This document shows, in pieces, positions 35,330 through 46,530 of a stretch of 64,000 bases of DNA (position 1 is its first letter; each line of letters opens with the position of its first letter). The notes under the pieces are model-generated. The model was not told the origin of the DNA. It did not search any database and worked only from the letters and a program-made list of their open reading frames with translations. The stretch comes from Hypanus sabinus (lineage: Eukaryota), in the NCBI RefSeq assembly GCF_030144855.1, contig NC_082715.1:145204001-145268000 (forward strand). Direction: 5' to 3'. A program made the translations under genes and the position numbers.

Positions 35330-37130
35330 TTAGGGAATTCGACCCCATGAATCTGCTACGTCATTTGATCATCGCTGGTATATTTTTCTCTCAAGATCAT
35401 TCTCCTGACTTCTCTCCATAGCCTTTGACGTCGTTGCTAATCAAGAGACTATAAAACTCAGTTTAAAATATACCCAAAGACTTGGTCTCCACAGCATCCT
35501 TTGGGAATACATTCTACAGATTCACCACTTTACGGATAAATCAAATTCTCCTCATGTCAGTTCTAAAGGGCTATCCTTGTATTCAAAGGATTTTCTCTCA
35601 GGTCTACCCTCTTGCACTAAAGGGGGCATCCTCCCACTTCCACTCAATCTAGCTCTTTCAATATTCGGTAGGTTAAAATGAGACTTCATCCTCCACACAT
35701 ACCTCCCCCCCCCAACCCAACCCCCACCATTCTTCTGAAATCCAGCGTGTACAGGCCCAGGGCCATCAAATGCTCCTAATACTTTCACTCTTTCATTGTC
35801 GGGATCTTTCCTGTAAACCTCCTCTGGTCCCTCTCCAATGCCAGCACATCCTTTCTTTGATATGTGGTCCAAAACTGCTCACAATACTCTAAATCTGCTT
35901 TGGCTATTGCCTTTTAAAACATTAGCATTAAATCTTTGCTTTTATATTCTGCTCATCTCGAAATAAATACTATGCTTGGTATTCATGCTGTTAGCGAGAG
36001 TTTCCTAGGAATTGCCCAAGGAACAGGTGTACCTGCAGGATGACTTCCATGTCTCCTTGCTCCTCCGACTTCTTAATTCGATCTCCGTTTCGAAGTCTGT
36101 ACCTTTATTCCTTCTACCATTCTCCATGACCATACAATTTCCTACAGTGTTCTCCATCTGTCACATCTTTGCCCATTCACCTGATCCGTCAAGATCATTC
36201 AGCGGATTCCTACTGCCTCAACATTGTCTACTCCTCCACACGTCTTTGCATCATCCGCAAACCTGGCCACAAATCCATAAATCCCGTTGTTCAGATCATT
36301 AACTTCCAGCCTGAAACGTAGCAGACTCAACACCAATCCTTGCAGAACACCACTAGTCACCGGTAGCCAACCAGAACAGATTATCCTTACGCTTTTCTCC
36401 TGCCAGTCAGCCAATGATCCGTCTATGCCTGTGATAGTTTATGCTCTTATCGTGTTAAGCAGCCTGATGTGTGACACTTTGTCAATCGTCTTCAGAAAAT
36501 CCAAGTCAATAACATCCACTGACTCTTATTTGTCTATCCTGCCTGGTATTTTCTCAAGGAATCTCAACAGATTTGTCAACTAAATTACCCCTTAAGGGAA
36601 CCATGCTGATTACGGCTGGTTTTATCGTATGCCGCCAAGTACCTAGAAATTTCGTCCTTACTAATGGATTCTAGCAAACTCAATATATTAAAATTTCGAT
36701 TAAACATGAGCATGTTTACTAGGAAATTAACTGACGTCAGGCTAACTGGCCCATAATATCCTGCATTTTGCGACCATTTCTTCTCCGAATGTGGAGTAAT
36801 ATTTGTGAGTTTCCAGTCCTGCGGACCCATTGGACCATTCTTGAAAGATCGTTACTAATGCCTCTTTAATCTATCCAGCTACCCCCTTCAGAATCCTGTA
36901 GTCCATCTAGTTCGTCGACTTATCTAACTTCAGATCTTTCAGCCTCCCAAGCTCCTTCTCCTTCGTCATAGCAACTACTATCACTTATGTTTAATTTCCA
37001 TTAATGCTTAATTTCGATATTTGTTTCCCTCAACTAGATCTTTTCACGTTACTTCAGCTCCTCTTGTTCTATACCTATTAACCTGAAGTCATCAAGATTC
37101 TGGTGCTCCGTTCTAACTTCTATCCAATTT
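35330..37130 (-). mobile_element. Decayed CR1-type fragments inside the J-C intron (cluster 3)
   Basis: Paralogous to 16755-18690; ARFADDAK and VTSGVLQG remnants. Confidence 0.75.
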
Positions 37131-37201
37131 CCCTTCAGCAAGGCGCCGCCCCAGAGCCCACCTAGGCCTCACCAGTGTGCTTGACCTTCTGCGCCGTCTT
37201 A

Positions 37202-37263
37202 GTGTAAATGTCTCAGCTTTGATAACAAATTATCACTCAGCCCACCTGTTTTGTTTACATTTC
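37202..37263 (+). promoter_or_regulatory. Invariant 62-bp intronic element (candidate enhancer), intact cluster
   Basis: No differences among three paralogs. Contains TGATAA/TTATCA inverted pair, CACCTG E-box and TGTTTAC forkhead site. Confidence 0.55.
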
Positions 37264-37812
37264 GAACTCTCCAGCCCCGCGGGCCGTTGAGTATCTAACG
37301 TTTGGATACCTGATCATTACCGTACTAAGTGATCTCGCCATGAATAACAACTCTGAGGTCAGAAACTCTGGAAAATCGCTCTTTAGCTTTTTGCCTTGTC
37401 GCTGCGTTTTCCTCCGGGGTACCACTGTAAAACGATTTCTTTATAAATTCTGTTTTGTAGTTTTGATATCCTATTGTGTGGATGGGTTCAACTTTTCAAA
37501 TTAATGGAAAAACTGATTATAAAAACAATGACCCAGATATCCACATCTTCTGGATTTCATAGACATCTGAGAGTTGTTTTCGGGCTTTTCTTCAGTGTCT
37601 ATCACCTTGGTCCAAACAACACTTTAGGAGTTAATTGAGGGACTAAAAACTAGAAAATCCAAGTATAAAACCTTAACTGGTATTATTTATTCACATTAAA
37701 ATACTTCCATGATTTTCAGCCATTCACAATCCCTCCTTTACTGCGGCGAATCGCGGCATCTCCGAGGAGAGACAAAGACACAGTATGTCAATCAAATCCA
37801 TTGCTTCATCTC

Positions 37813-37872
37813 GCTTTTTACGTGAATAGCTGCGACGACATTTCGGAGTTTTGCCACGCGCTTTGCCATATC
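37813..37872 (+). promoter_or_regulatory. Invariant 60-bp CpG-rich intronic element upstream of the C acceptor
   Basis: Identical at 439-498, 19370-19429, 37813-37872 and 56471-56530. Confidence 0.45.
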
Positions 37873-38015
37873 TCTTTCAGGGTTTCTTATTGGTTCTGTG
37901 ATTCATGTCCTTACGAGTATAACATCATGGAACATGCCAATAATCTGTCACGAAAGTTTGATTCCTATTTATATCAATTAATAATTCATTTCCCTGCACT
38001 TCTTTCTATCTACAG

Positions 38016-38338
38016 GTCCGCGAAAACCCGCCGTATCCGTACTCCGACCGTCTGCGGAAGAAATTCGGGGACAGGGCACCGCCACCCTGGTGTGTTTAGT
38101 GAGCGGGTTTAATCCGGCCGCTGTGAATATCGAGTGGACTGTGGACGGCAGTACGAGAAGGAATGGCGTTGAGACCAGCCGGATCCAGCAGGACGCCGAC
38201 AACACGTTCAGTACGAGCAGTTACCTGACTCTGCCAGCCTCAGACTGGAACTCACACGAGCGTTACTCCTGCGTGGTTAAACACGAGACTCAGGCAACCC
38301 CATTTCAAACAAACATCGCGCGATCCAGCTGTATGTAA
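38016..38338 (+). CDS. IGLC: Lambda constant exon of the intact gene (cluster 3)
   Basis: Identical to 642-964; in phase with VJ 34306-34659 (junction codon A+GT = Ser). Leader+VJ+C = 726 nt, 241 aa plus stop. Confidence 0.97.
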
Positions 38339-38367
38339 TACAATATGTTTAGAGGCTGTTTCTTTAA

Positions 38368-38373
38368 AATAAA
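38368..38373 (+). terminator. Polyadenylation signal AATAAA of the intact gene
   Basis: 30 nt after the stop codon. Confidence 0.78.
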
Positions 38374-39814
38374 ACAAACGAATTTCATGTACAGATGTTA
38401 AATTTTTGATTGTAGCTGTCACATTTCGCAACCGGGGGAAAACAGGCATTGCGTCCGACTGGACGTTCTTAAATAGCGTTCGTTCTGAAATAAATATCAT
38501 CCATGTAATTTTATCCCGAAGTAATTAAAATCTACCCAATCTACTGTGGCGTTTTTGTCCGACAAAAGCATTATTTTTCAAAACTTTGCATAGATAGTGA
38601 AGATGATCAAACTTTGACATTCGATGAAATAAAATAGACAACGTCGCTATTGGGTAGGTTTTCCTCCCGAAGAAACCATAATCACTGTGACTACATCAGG
38701 ACAAGTGGTGTAATTACTTGTCAGCGAAATTTACATACAAAGTAAAAGAAATACTGATACTGCCGTTATTTGAACATCGTAGGCATATTCGATTTCCAGT
38801 TTTAGCATTGTATTCTTCATAGAAATGGTTTTTCTACAGCTCGTCATATTCGGGAGACAAGGGCTTCTGTACCCTGTGTAAGCAGCAGCGCAGAGCAGAA
38901 TAGCACTTATTAGAGTTCAAACTAACGAAATTCTTGCTCAAGTGTCCTTCAGAACTACAGGCTTCATTTGAGGTGATTTGGGCTTCCGATACCTAACAAA
39001 CATTGAAAATGGTAGTCCAAAGCATTTCTAGTAAATACAGTTAGACGGTGGTTGACTACCTAAAGCTATTTCGGGATTCAAAACAGTGAAGCACTGAAGA
39101 TATCGCACCGACATTTGTACATTAGTTTGTACAATATATATGATGATAGCTTTCTGTGTGTAATGTAGAACACCGTGGCCCTAGTATAGAGGTCGAGAGA
39201 ACGGTATCCTAAACATAAGATAAATATGTTCAATATATAACGTAAAAGATCATTTTCAGACGAATGAGAATACGGATTGTATTCACGTCTTTCTAATTGG
39301 TTATATAAGTTGCTTTATCTCGATAAGAAAAGAATAGCCAGAGCAAGTTTGCAACTAATCATTGAAATTCATAGATGGGTTATTGAAACGGGGACATTAA
39401 TATCACGTGGTCTTCATCAGTCACTCTGTACTGAGGCCGTTGAACTTGCCTTCTCTGAGTATGGAAGGCCTAAGGAGTTCCCTGTAACTTTACAGCTGCA
39501 CAGACCAATGATTGCTCTCAGCAGGACAGTTTTACACGGGCTGTAAACTGCGCAGTTCTTTAAAATCACATTATATAAAAGTAAATTCCAGTATCCCACC
39601 ATAAAGTCTGTGTCCACGGAGACATTCCAGTTACTGCGCGGCAGGTGCGAGGTTGTACTTGGTGTGGCAAAGCATTCAGTGTTGTGATAGGACGATAAAA
39701 TGACCAGAACTGCGCTGGGATATTTTGGCAAAGGGCGTGGCTCACTTCAAACTATACAGCGAAAGATATGAATGATCGCGGTTAGTATGATTAAAATGCG
39801 TATACAAAAACGTT

Positions 39815-42800
39815 AACCATAGCATAGACCTTTTGACCCACGATCTTTTGCCCACATTTTAACCTAAACCAAGATCAATCCAACCATTCCCTTCCACAGA
39901 GCCCTGCAGTTTTTTTTATTCATCCATTGGCCTCAGAGCTTTCTAAATGTCCCTGATATATATTTGCCTCCACCACCACACTGGCAAAGCTTTCCACGAA
40001 CATACCACTCTGTGTAAAGAATATACATCTGACACCCTCTATATTTTCGTCCAATCAGTTTAAAGGTCTGCCCTCTCGAATATACCGCTGTCACCCTAGG
40101 AAAAAGCCACTGGCTATCCATTCTATCTACTCCTCTTTTCTTATGCATCCCTGTCAGGTCGTCTTTCAACCGGCTTCATTCCAAAGCCAAAAGCCCTAGC
40201 TCTCTAAACCTATCCTGATAAGACATGTTCTCTAATCCAAGCAGCATCATGGTAAATCTCCTCTAAACCCTCCCTACAGCTTCCACGTCCTTGCTATTCT
40301 GACCAGAATCAAACACAACAATGTAGGTGTGGTCTAACCAGAATTTTATGGAAATACAACATTAGCCGGCGGCCCCTGAACTCGATCCCTCGACTAATGC
40401 AGGCAAAATGCCTTCTGAACAACCCTATTGACATGCGACGCTATTTTTGAGGGATCTATGTGAGTGGACCCCAGGAACTCTTTGTCCTCTACACTGCTAA
40501 GAACCTTCTCTTTAACCGTGCACTGCGCCTTTGATTCCACTCTTCCAAAGACCATTATTTCACATTCTTCTGCATTGAAAGCCATCTGATACTTGACAGG
40601 CCAGCTACGCATCCCATCAATGATCCCATTGTAAACTACAACAATCTTAACCACAGCACCAACAGCTTTGTGTCAACTGTCCCATCGCCCTGTCCTTGGA
40701 TCATAGCTCTCCATACCCCTCCCTTCCATATTCTTTTGATATTTAAAAACATATTAAGTATTGAACTCGAATCGCTTGAAATACTTCCAATGGCATCTCA
40801 TTCCACACTCTCTCTACTCTCTGCGAAGGGGCTCCTCCTCACGTTCCCCCTAAACATTTCACCTTTCACCCTCAGCTCGTGACCTTTAATTTTAGTCTCA
40901 CCCAACCCGAGTGTGAAAAGCCTGCTTACATTTACCCTATCTATTCCTCACATCATTTTGTATATCTCTATCCAATCTCCACTCATTCTCCTATGCTCCA
41001 AGTAAGAAACTGCCAACCTCTTCAACATTTCCACATAACTTAGGTCCTCAGGTCATGAAATCATCCTTATAAATTTCCTCGGTACTCTTTCAATTTTGTT
41101 GACATCTTCGCTGAAAGTAGGACGGCGTCCAAAGCAGCACACAATATAGGAACGCCTTACTAACATCCATGTACAGACGTCTGACAGACAGACAGACATA
41201 ATTTATTGATCCCGAGGGAAATTGGATTTCGTTACAGTCGCACCAACCAAGAATAGTGTAGAAATATAACAATATAAAATCATAAATAATTAAATAATAA
41301 TAAATAAATTATGCCAAGTGGAAATAAGTCCAGTACCAGCCTATTGGCTCGGGGTGTCTGACATTCCGAGGCAGGAGTTGTAAAGTTTGATGGCCACAGT
41401 CAGGAATAACTTCCTATGACGCTCAGTGTTGCATCTCGGTGGAATGTGTCTCTGGCTGAATGTACTCCTGTGCCTAACCACTACATTATGGAGTGGATGG
41501 GAGACATTGTCCAAGATGGCATGCAACTTAGACAGCATCCTCTTTTCAGACACCACCGTCAGAGAGTCCTGATCCACTGCCCCCCCCCCCGAACTTCACT
41601 GGCCTTACGAACGAGTTTGTTGATTCTGTTGGTGTCTGCTACCCTCAGCCTGCCGTCCCAGCACACAACACCAAACATGATATGTACGTCATATACACCC
41701 CTCTACTTTTCTTAACTTCTATAGTAACTTTCTCGAAAAAGTCAATCAGGTTCGTGAGACAGGAACTGCCCCTCAAAAAGTTGTACTGAATGTAATCAGA
41801 TTATGCTTCTGCAAATGCACATAAATTCTGCCTTTAAGAATCAGTTCCAAAGTTTCACCACCACTGACATGAAGCTCCGGTCTATAATTCCCAGGATTAT
41901 CCCTAATCCATTTCTAAAACAAAATAATAATATTTGAGACCCTCCAACCTTCTGCTACTCCTCCTGCTTATATTAACAGCGAAAAGATTATCACCAAGAG
42001 GGAACATACTCTTCCCTCGCTTCCCGTAGTAACCAGGGAATGCCCCATTCGGCCCCGGAGCATTATGTCGTTTTTTCAAAAGTCCGACAATATCCTACTT
42101 CTATACGTCACATGTTCTAGCGTGTCAGCCTGTTTTAGGCTGGCCACACATAAGTCAAGGTCCCTCTCAGTGGTGAACCCTGAAGACATTAATTCATTAA
42201 GGAACTCTGCTACTTCCTCCGACTCCAAGCACATAGTTCCTTTTCTTTTCTCACTCTAGTCATCCTTCTGTTCTTCACCTACGTGTAGAACGTCTTGGGG
42301 ATTTCCTTAATCATACTCGCCAAGCTCTTCTCATTCCTCTCTTCTAGCTGTCTTAAATTCATTATTCAGCTCCATCCTGGCTGCTTCGTAACACTCAAGA
42401 GTGCTGTCTAATCTTTCTTTCAAAAACCTTTAGTGAACTTCTTTTATCCTCTGGGTGGGATGCTTCACATCTCTTGTCAACCATGCTTCCTTCTCCCTAC
42501 CATCCATGTTCTACTGGAAGATGCTACCCAGAACCCCACTAGTGTTCCCTACACAACATTCACATTTCCTTGTTCATTTCCCTGATAACATTAATTCCCA
42601 ATTTCTGCTCACAAGCTTATGTATTATAGCATCATAATTCCCTCTCCTTCAAAACCATCTGCTCTTATCCCTCTCCCAGGGATTGGTAAATTAGAGAGTT
42701 GTGATCACCCACGAGCAATCTGACACCTGGCCTCTTCCATTGGCTAGCACTAGATCCAGTAAGGCCTCTCTTCTAGTTTGCCTGTTCACATATTCAAAAA

Positions 42801-43210
42801 TCCTTCACTAACAGACCTAAAAAATTCTGCTCTCTCTAAATTCTTTTGCATATAAGCTATGCCAATCATTATTAGGGAAATACATGTTTTTGCAGCTTTC
42901 CAAAATCGACCTGCCGACCTACTCTACGATGTTCCTGTTGAGAGGTGTGCGCTGTACAATACTCCCATTAGAGTACACAAAAAGTACACTGCAGATGCTG
43001 TGGTCAAAGCAACACATACAAACAAGCTGGATGAACTCAGCAGGTCGGGCAACATCCGTTGAAATGAGCAGTCAACGTTTCGGGCCGAGACCCTTCGTAA
43101 GGACTCATTAGAGTGACTACAACCCTTCCTATTTCTGAATTCCACCCACAGTGACGTGGGAACATCACTGTGGGAACATCAGCTTTTCCTGCCTTTGTGA
43201 TAGCCATATT
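39815..43210 (-). mobile_element. CR1-type and Rex1-like (41178-41680) remnants, paralogous to 2430-6780
   Basis: The same ORF fragments recur (40394-40654, 41341-41577, 42859-43062). Confidence 0.75.
42975..43105 (-). mobile_element. 131-bp Penelope-like insertion, second copy, with perfect 9-bp target-site duplication
   Basis: CATTAGAGT at 42966-42974 and 43106-43114; same hammerhead-like motif at 43069-43105. Confidence 0.72.
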
Positions 43211-46200
43211 TTGGATCGGGAATGCGAATGGTTCCTCCAAGAATAAAAAGGCAAATACATGTTATCATCGTTCTTTACCTCGTGGTTTTCCAATACCTTT
43301 CTTGATTTTCGAGCAACACGGGTGCGCGTTAAATGTTTCATAGAGATACAGACCGTAGTTTGATTAAGAGTCTTGGAATGCGCAGTATCTCTACGTTTTA
43401 GCAGATGAGGATTCTCCTGTTGTAACTTCTTCAGACATGTCATTTCCGTGCACTCCTGTGCTGAAACATTGATAAGAGTCACATCAATGGCTAACGTGGA
43501 AAATAAACCTTTATGGTAGAGGTGTAATATCTTCCCTGATCTAGATTGCTATTACTAGATTTAATTGGCTAATTATTCGGTCACAGCAGATGTTGATTAA
43601 TCGTTTCGGCGCTGCTGAGCCATTACCTGTCTTCATCGGATGGACCATCATATAATCTCTTGTATATTCATTAATTCGTTGAACGCACTTGTTAGAAGTC
43701 GAAGGAATTTCAATCAGTATTTGAATCTGCCTTGAACGAGGGCAGAATAACAAGTGATAAAATGTTGTCATGGATAGAAAATTGATTGACTGACAACAAA
43801 TGAAGTTCAGACATTAAAGGCCGAGTCTCTGGAATGATATATCTCACAATCTGTGAAACAATTCAGGTCCTTCCACTTCGCTGATGACAAAAACACAAAT
43901 AGGTAATTACATTGTGAAGAGAAAGTCAAAAGGCTCCTGAGGGATATTGATGATCTAGTGGGTGACCTAAAATACGGCAAAGCAAAAAGAGGAAAAAGAA
44001 GAAAAGAGGGAAATAGAGTGACTGAGCTGGCATGAAAAATGCTTCAACAGCATATTTTCCAAACATTTGGAGATTGTAACCTTCCAAGTTGAAGAGGGGT
44101 ACGGGCATTTAGATCACGGTATTATGTAACTCAAAAAATCCTATTATTCAGGTGCAAGTAACTAAAAAGGCTGGGATCATGTTAAGGGAATTATGTGCAA
44201 AATTTGGGGGTGTTATGCTTCATGTGACAGGGCAATAAAGAACCAAATGTGGACTGTGTACTGAATTCTTCTTACTTAAAAATTATCTAAATGTGTTAGA
44301 AGTTCAGAGGAAGCTTACAAGAACGATTTCGTTGGTGGTTCGGTATCCTAGGAGAAACTGTGTATAAGTTCGAATTCTATCTACTGGAGTTCATCAGAGT
44401 TATGGGACTTGACTGAAATCTAGTAGTCCTTAATAACAATACGTATGCTTCATAAACCTTGTAGTCCGAGGTTCTGCAGCTCGAAGGGCTCATGACAATA
44501 CCTTCCGGCACCTGACGACCTAGGGAACCCGGGAGTAACACGAGACAGACAGACCTGGGGAATCCGAGACTGGCGATTCATCTTCCAACAAGGTTGGTCG
44601 TCTCGAGATAGACCTGATAAACTGGAGACAGACCTGAGGAACTTGAGATACTCTTGGGGATCCCGAGACAGGACTGGTCATCTCGAGATAGACATTGAAT
44701 AAATTTGGGCAACATGAAATAAATCTGGGGAATATAGAATAAAACTCGGCAAAATAGAATAGTCCTCGGAAGCCTGGAGGGCCATGGCAGGCCCGGGAAC
44801 CTTTAACAACACTAAAATTCTTGATAAAAGCCTTTAATGTGGTCTCGGCAAGCTCTGAACGTGGACTCGGAATTTGGTCTCCATAAACTCGGAATGAAGG
44901 CTCGAGACAGTCGGAAACCGAAGGAACTCCGGACGCCGCTTTACAAGTTCCACTGGACCCTTATATCGCTGCGTTTTTTTAGTCACCGTGCAGTCTGAAC
45001 GCAAGTGCCGAGAAAAGACAGGCTGCCAAATGGAGTCAGCGATCTTGCTTTATTCATAAGAGTTCCAACTGACAATCGGCGGCTCGGTAAAGCGACAACG
45101 AGAGAACTAACATTCTGAAAGCTAGGGCCAGATAAATTATTAATTGGAAGACTGCTTAAATAATTACCGTATCCCAAAACCCCATGTCAATGAAAATAAA
45201 CTTTAATAAGTTTAAACAGAAAACGCAAGGTTTTAACGAGTCTCGTTAAGAGAACTATTCACAAATAAAGGCTATTTAGAAAATCTAGTGCCCAATGCTC
45301 TAAGTCTTCTTGCACGGGAGCGAAGAACTTATAACATCCGTTGTTAGGCGGGAATCCTTTATCGCCTTACTCAAAGTATGCACCATCATTCGACAGTTTT
45401 AAACCGAGCGTTCGTCTTCTCTTCTCGCTTCGGCATTACTCTCATTGCTGCAAATTCATACTAATATCACCTTAAGTGGAATGTTTAGAGCTATGTCTGT
45501 CTTTTGTTTTGTTTATGTACTTACCAAAACAATCTAGTCGTTATCTCTCAGGAAAGTCAGAAAATCTTCATTCTTGTTTAATTAAAACGGGCAACATAAT
45601 ATCATACGATGCAAATAATTTTCCACACTTCATTCAGAATCAGTTAGCATTTTTCTTCCCTGCCAGCATTGCGCTATGATGACAAGTGCTTCCATTTTGA
45701 CATTTAACTATCCATGAAAAGTCACGGGGAAAAGAATAAAGATTAAATGATAAAAGGAGAAAATCTTTCTTAACGAATAGCCAAAATAGAGAGGCGTCCA
45801 ATCACCATGCCAATGGAACTGCAATGAAAGTTGGTCAGATGACAGGTGGAATTAGTAGGTGTTTTCAAAAGCTTACAGTCTGGAAATCATAGAAGTCTCA
45901 AAGAACTCCACGGCATGGGCAACTGCTTTGAGCATCCTTTGAACTCGGACCCCAGGATCCCTCTGATCCTTCACACTGTCAAAAGTATTAACATTAATAC
46001 TATATTCTGCCATCATATTTGACCTAAGAAAATGAACCACCTCACATTTATCTGGGTTGGACCCCAGCTGCCACAATTACAGCACGGAAACAGGCCACCT
46101 CGGCCCTTCTAGTCCTTGCCGATGTGTCTACTATGTGATGTGACAGGCCTCCAATTCGTTGATCTGTTACCTTGTAACCTCTGTCCATACCAGTGATGCA

Positions 46201-46280
46201 CAATCTACATTCTTTCATACGTCTGATTGGACCGCGCCACACAATAACCAAGCGTTGTCTTAAAAAATCCAAAGAGCTAG

Positions 46281-46530
46281 CATTAGTGGTCACTTTATTA
46301 GGTACGCCTGCAGGTTCCTTAATGCAAATATCTAATCAGTCAGTCATATAGCAGCAGCTTAATGAACATGCAGACAATAGCAGCAGGTGTTGTTCGGACC
46401 AAACATCCGAATGTGGATGAAAAGTGATCTAAATTATTTTGAACGTGGAATGAGTGTTTGCGGCTGAGTATCTTAGAAATTGTGGGTTCCTTGAGATTTT
46501 CACGCAATAAAGTGCCTCATGAGTTTATGT
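46281..46530 (+). mobile_element. Tc1-like remnant (paralog of 9911-10190); a further copy lies at about 48207-48480
   Basis: TTAGTGGTCACTTTATTAG(G/A)TACGCCTGCA at both sites. Confidence 0.6.

Noticed and set aside
35700-35730. C-rich runs in the J-C intron (also 17281-17305 and 54396-54420) as G-quadruplex or switch-like elements
   Set aside because: Short homopolymer slippage inside CR1 remnants, variable between copies; light-chain loci have no switch regions.
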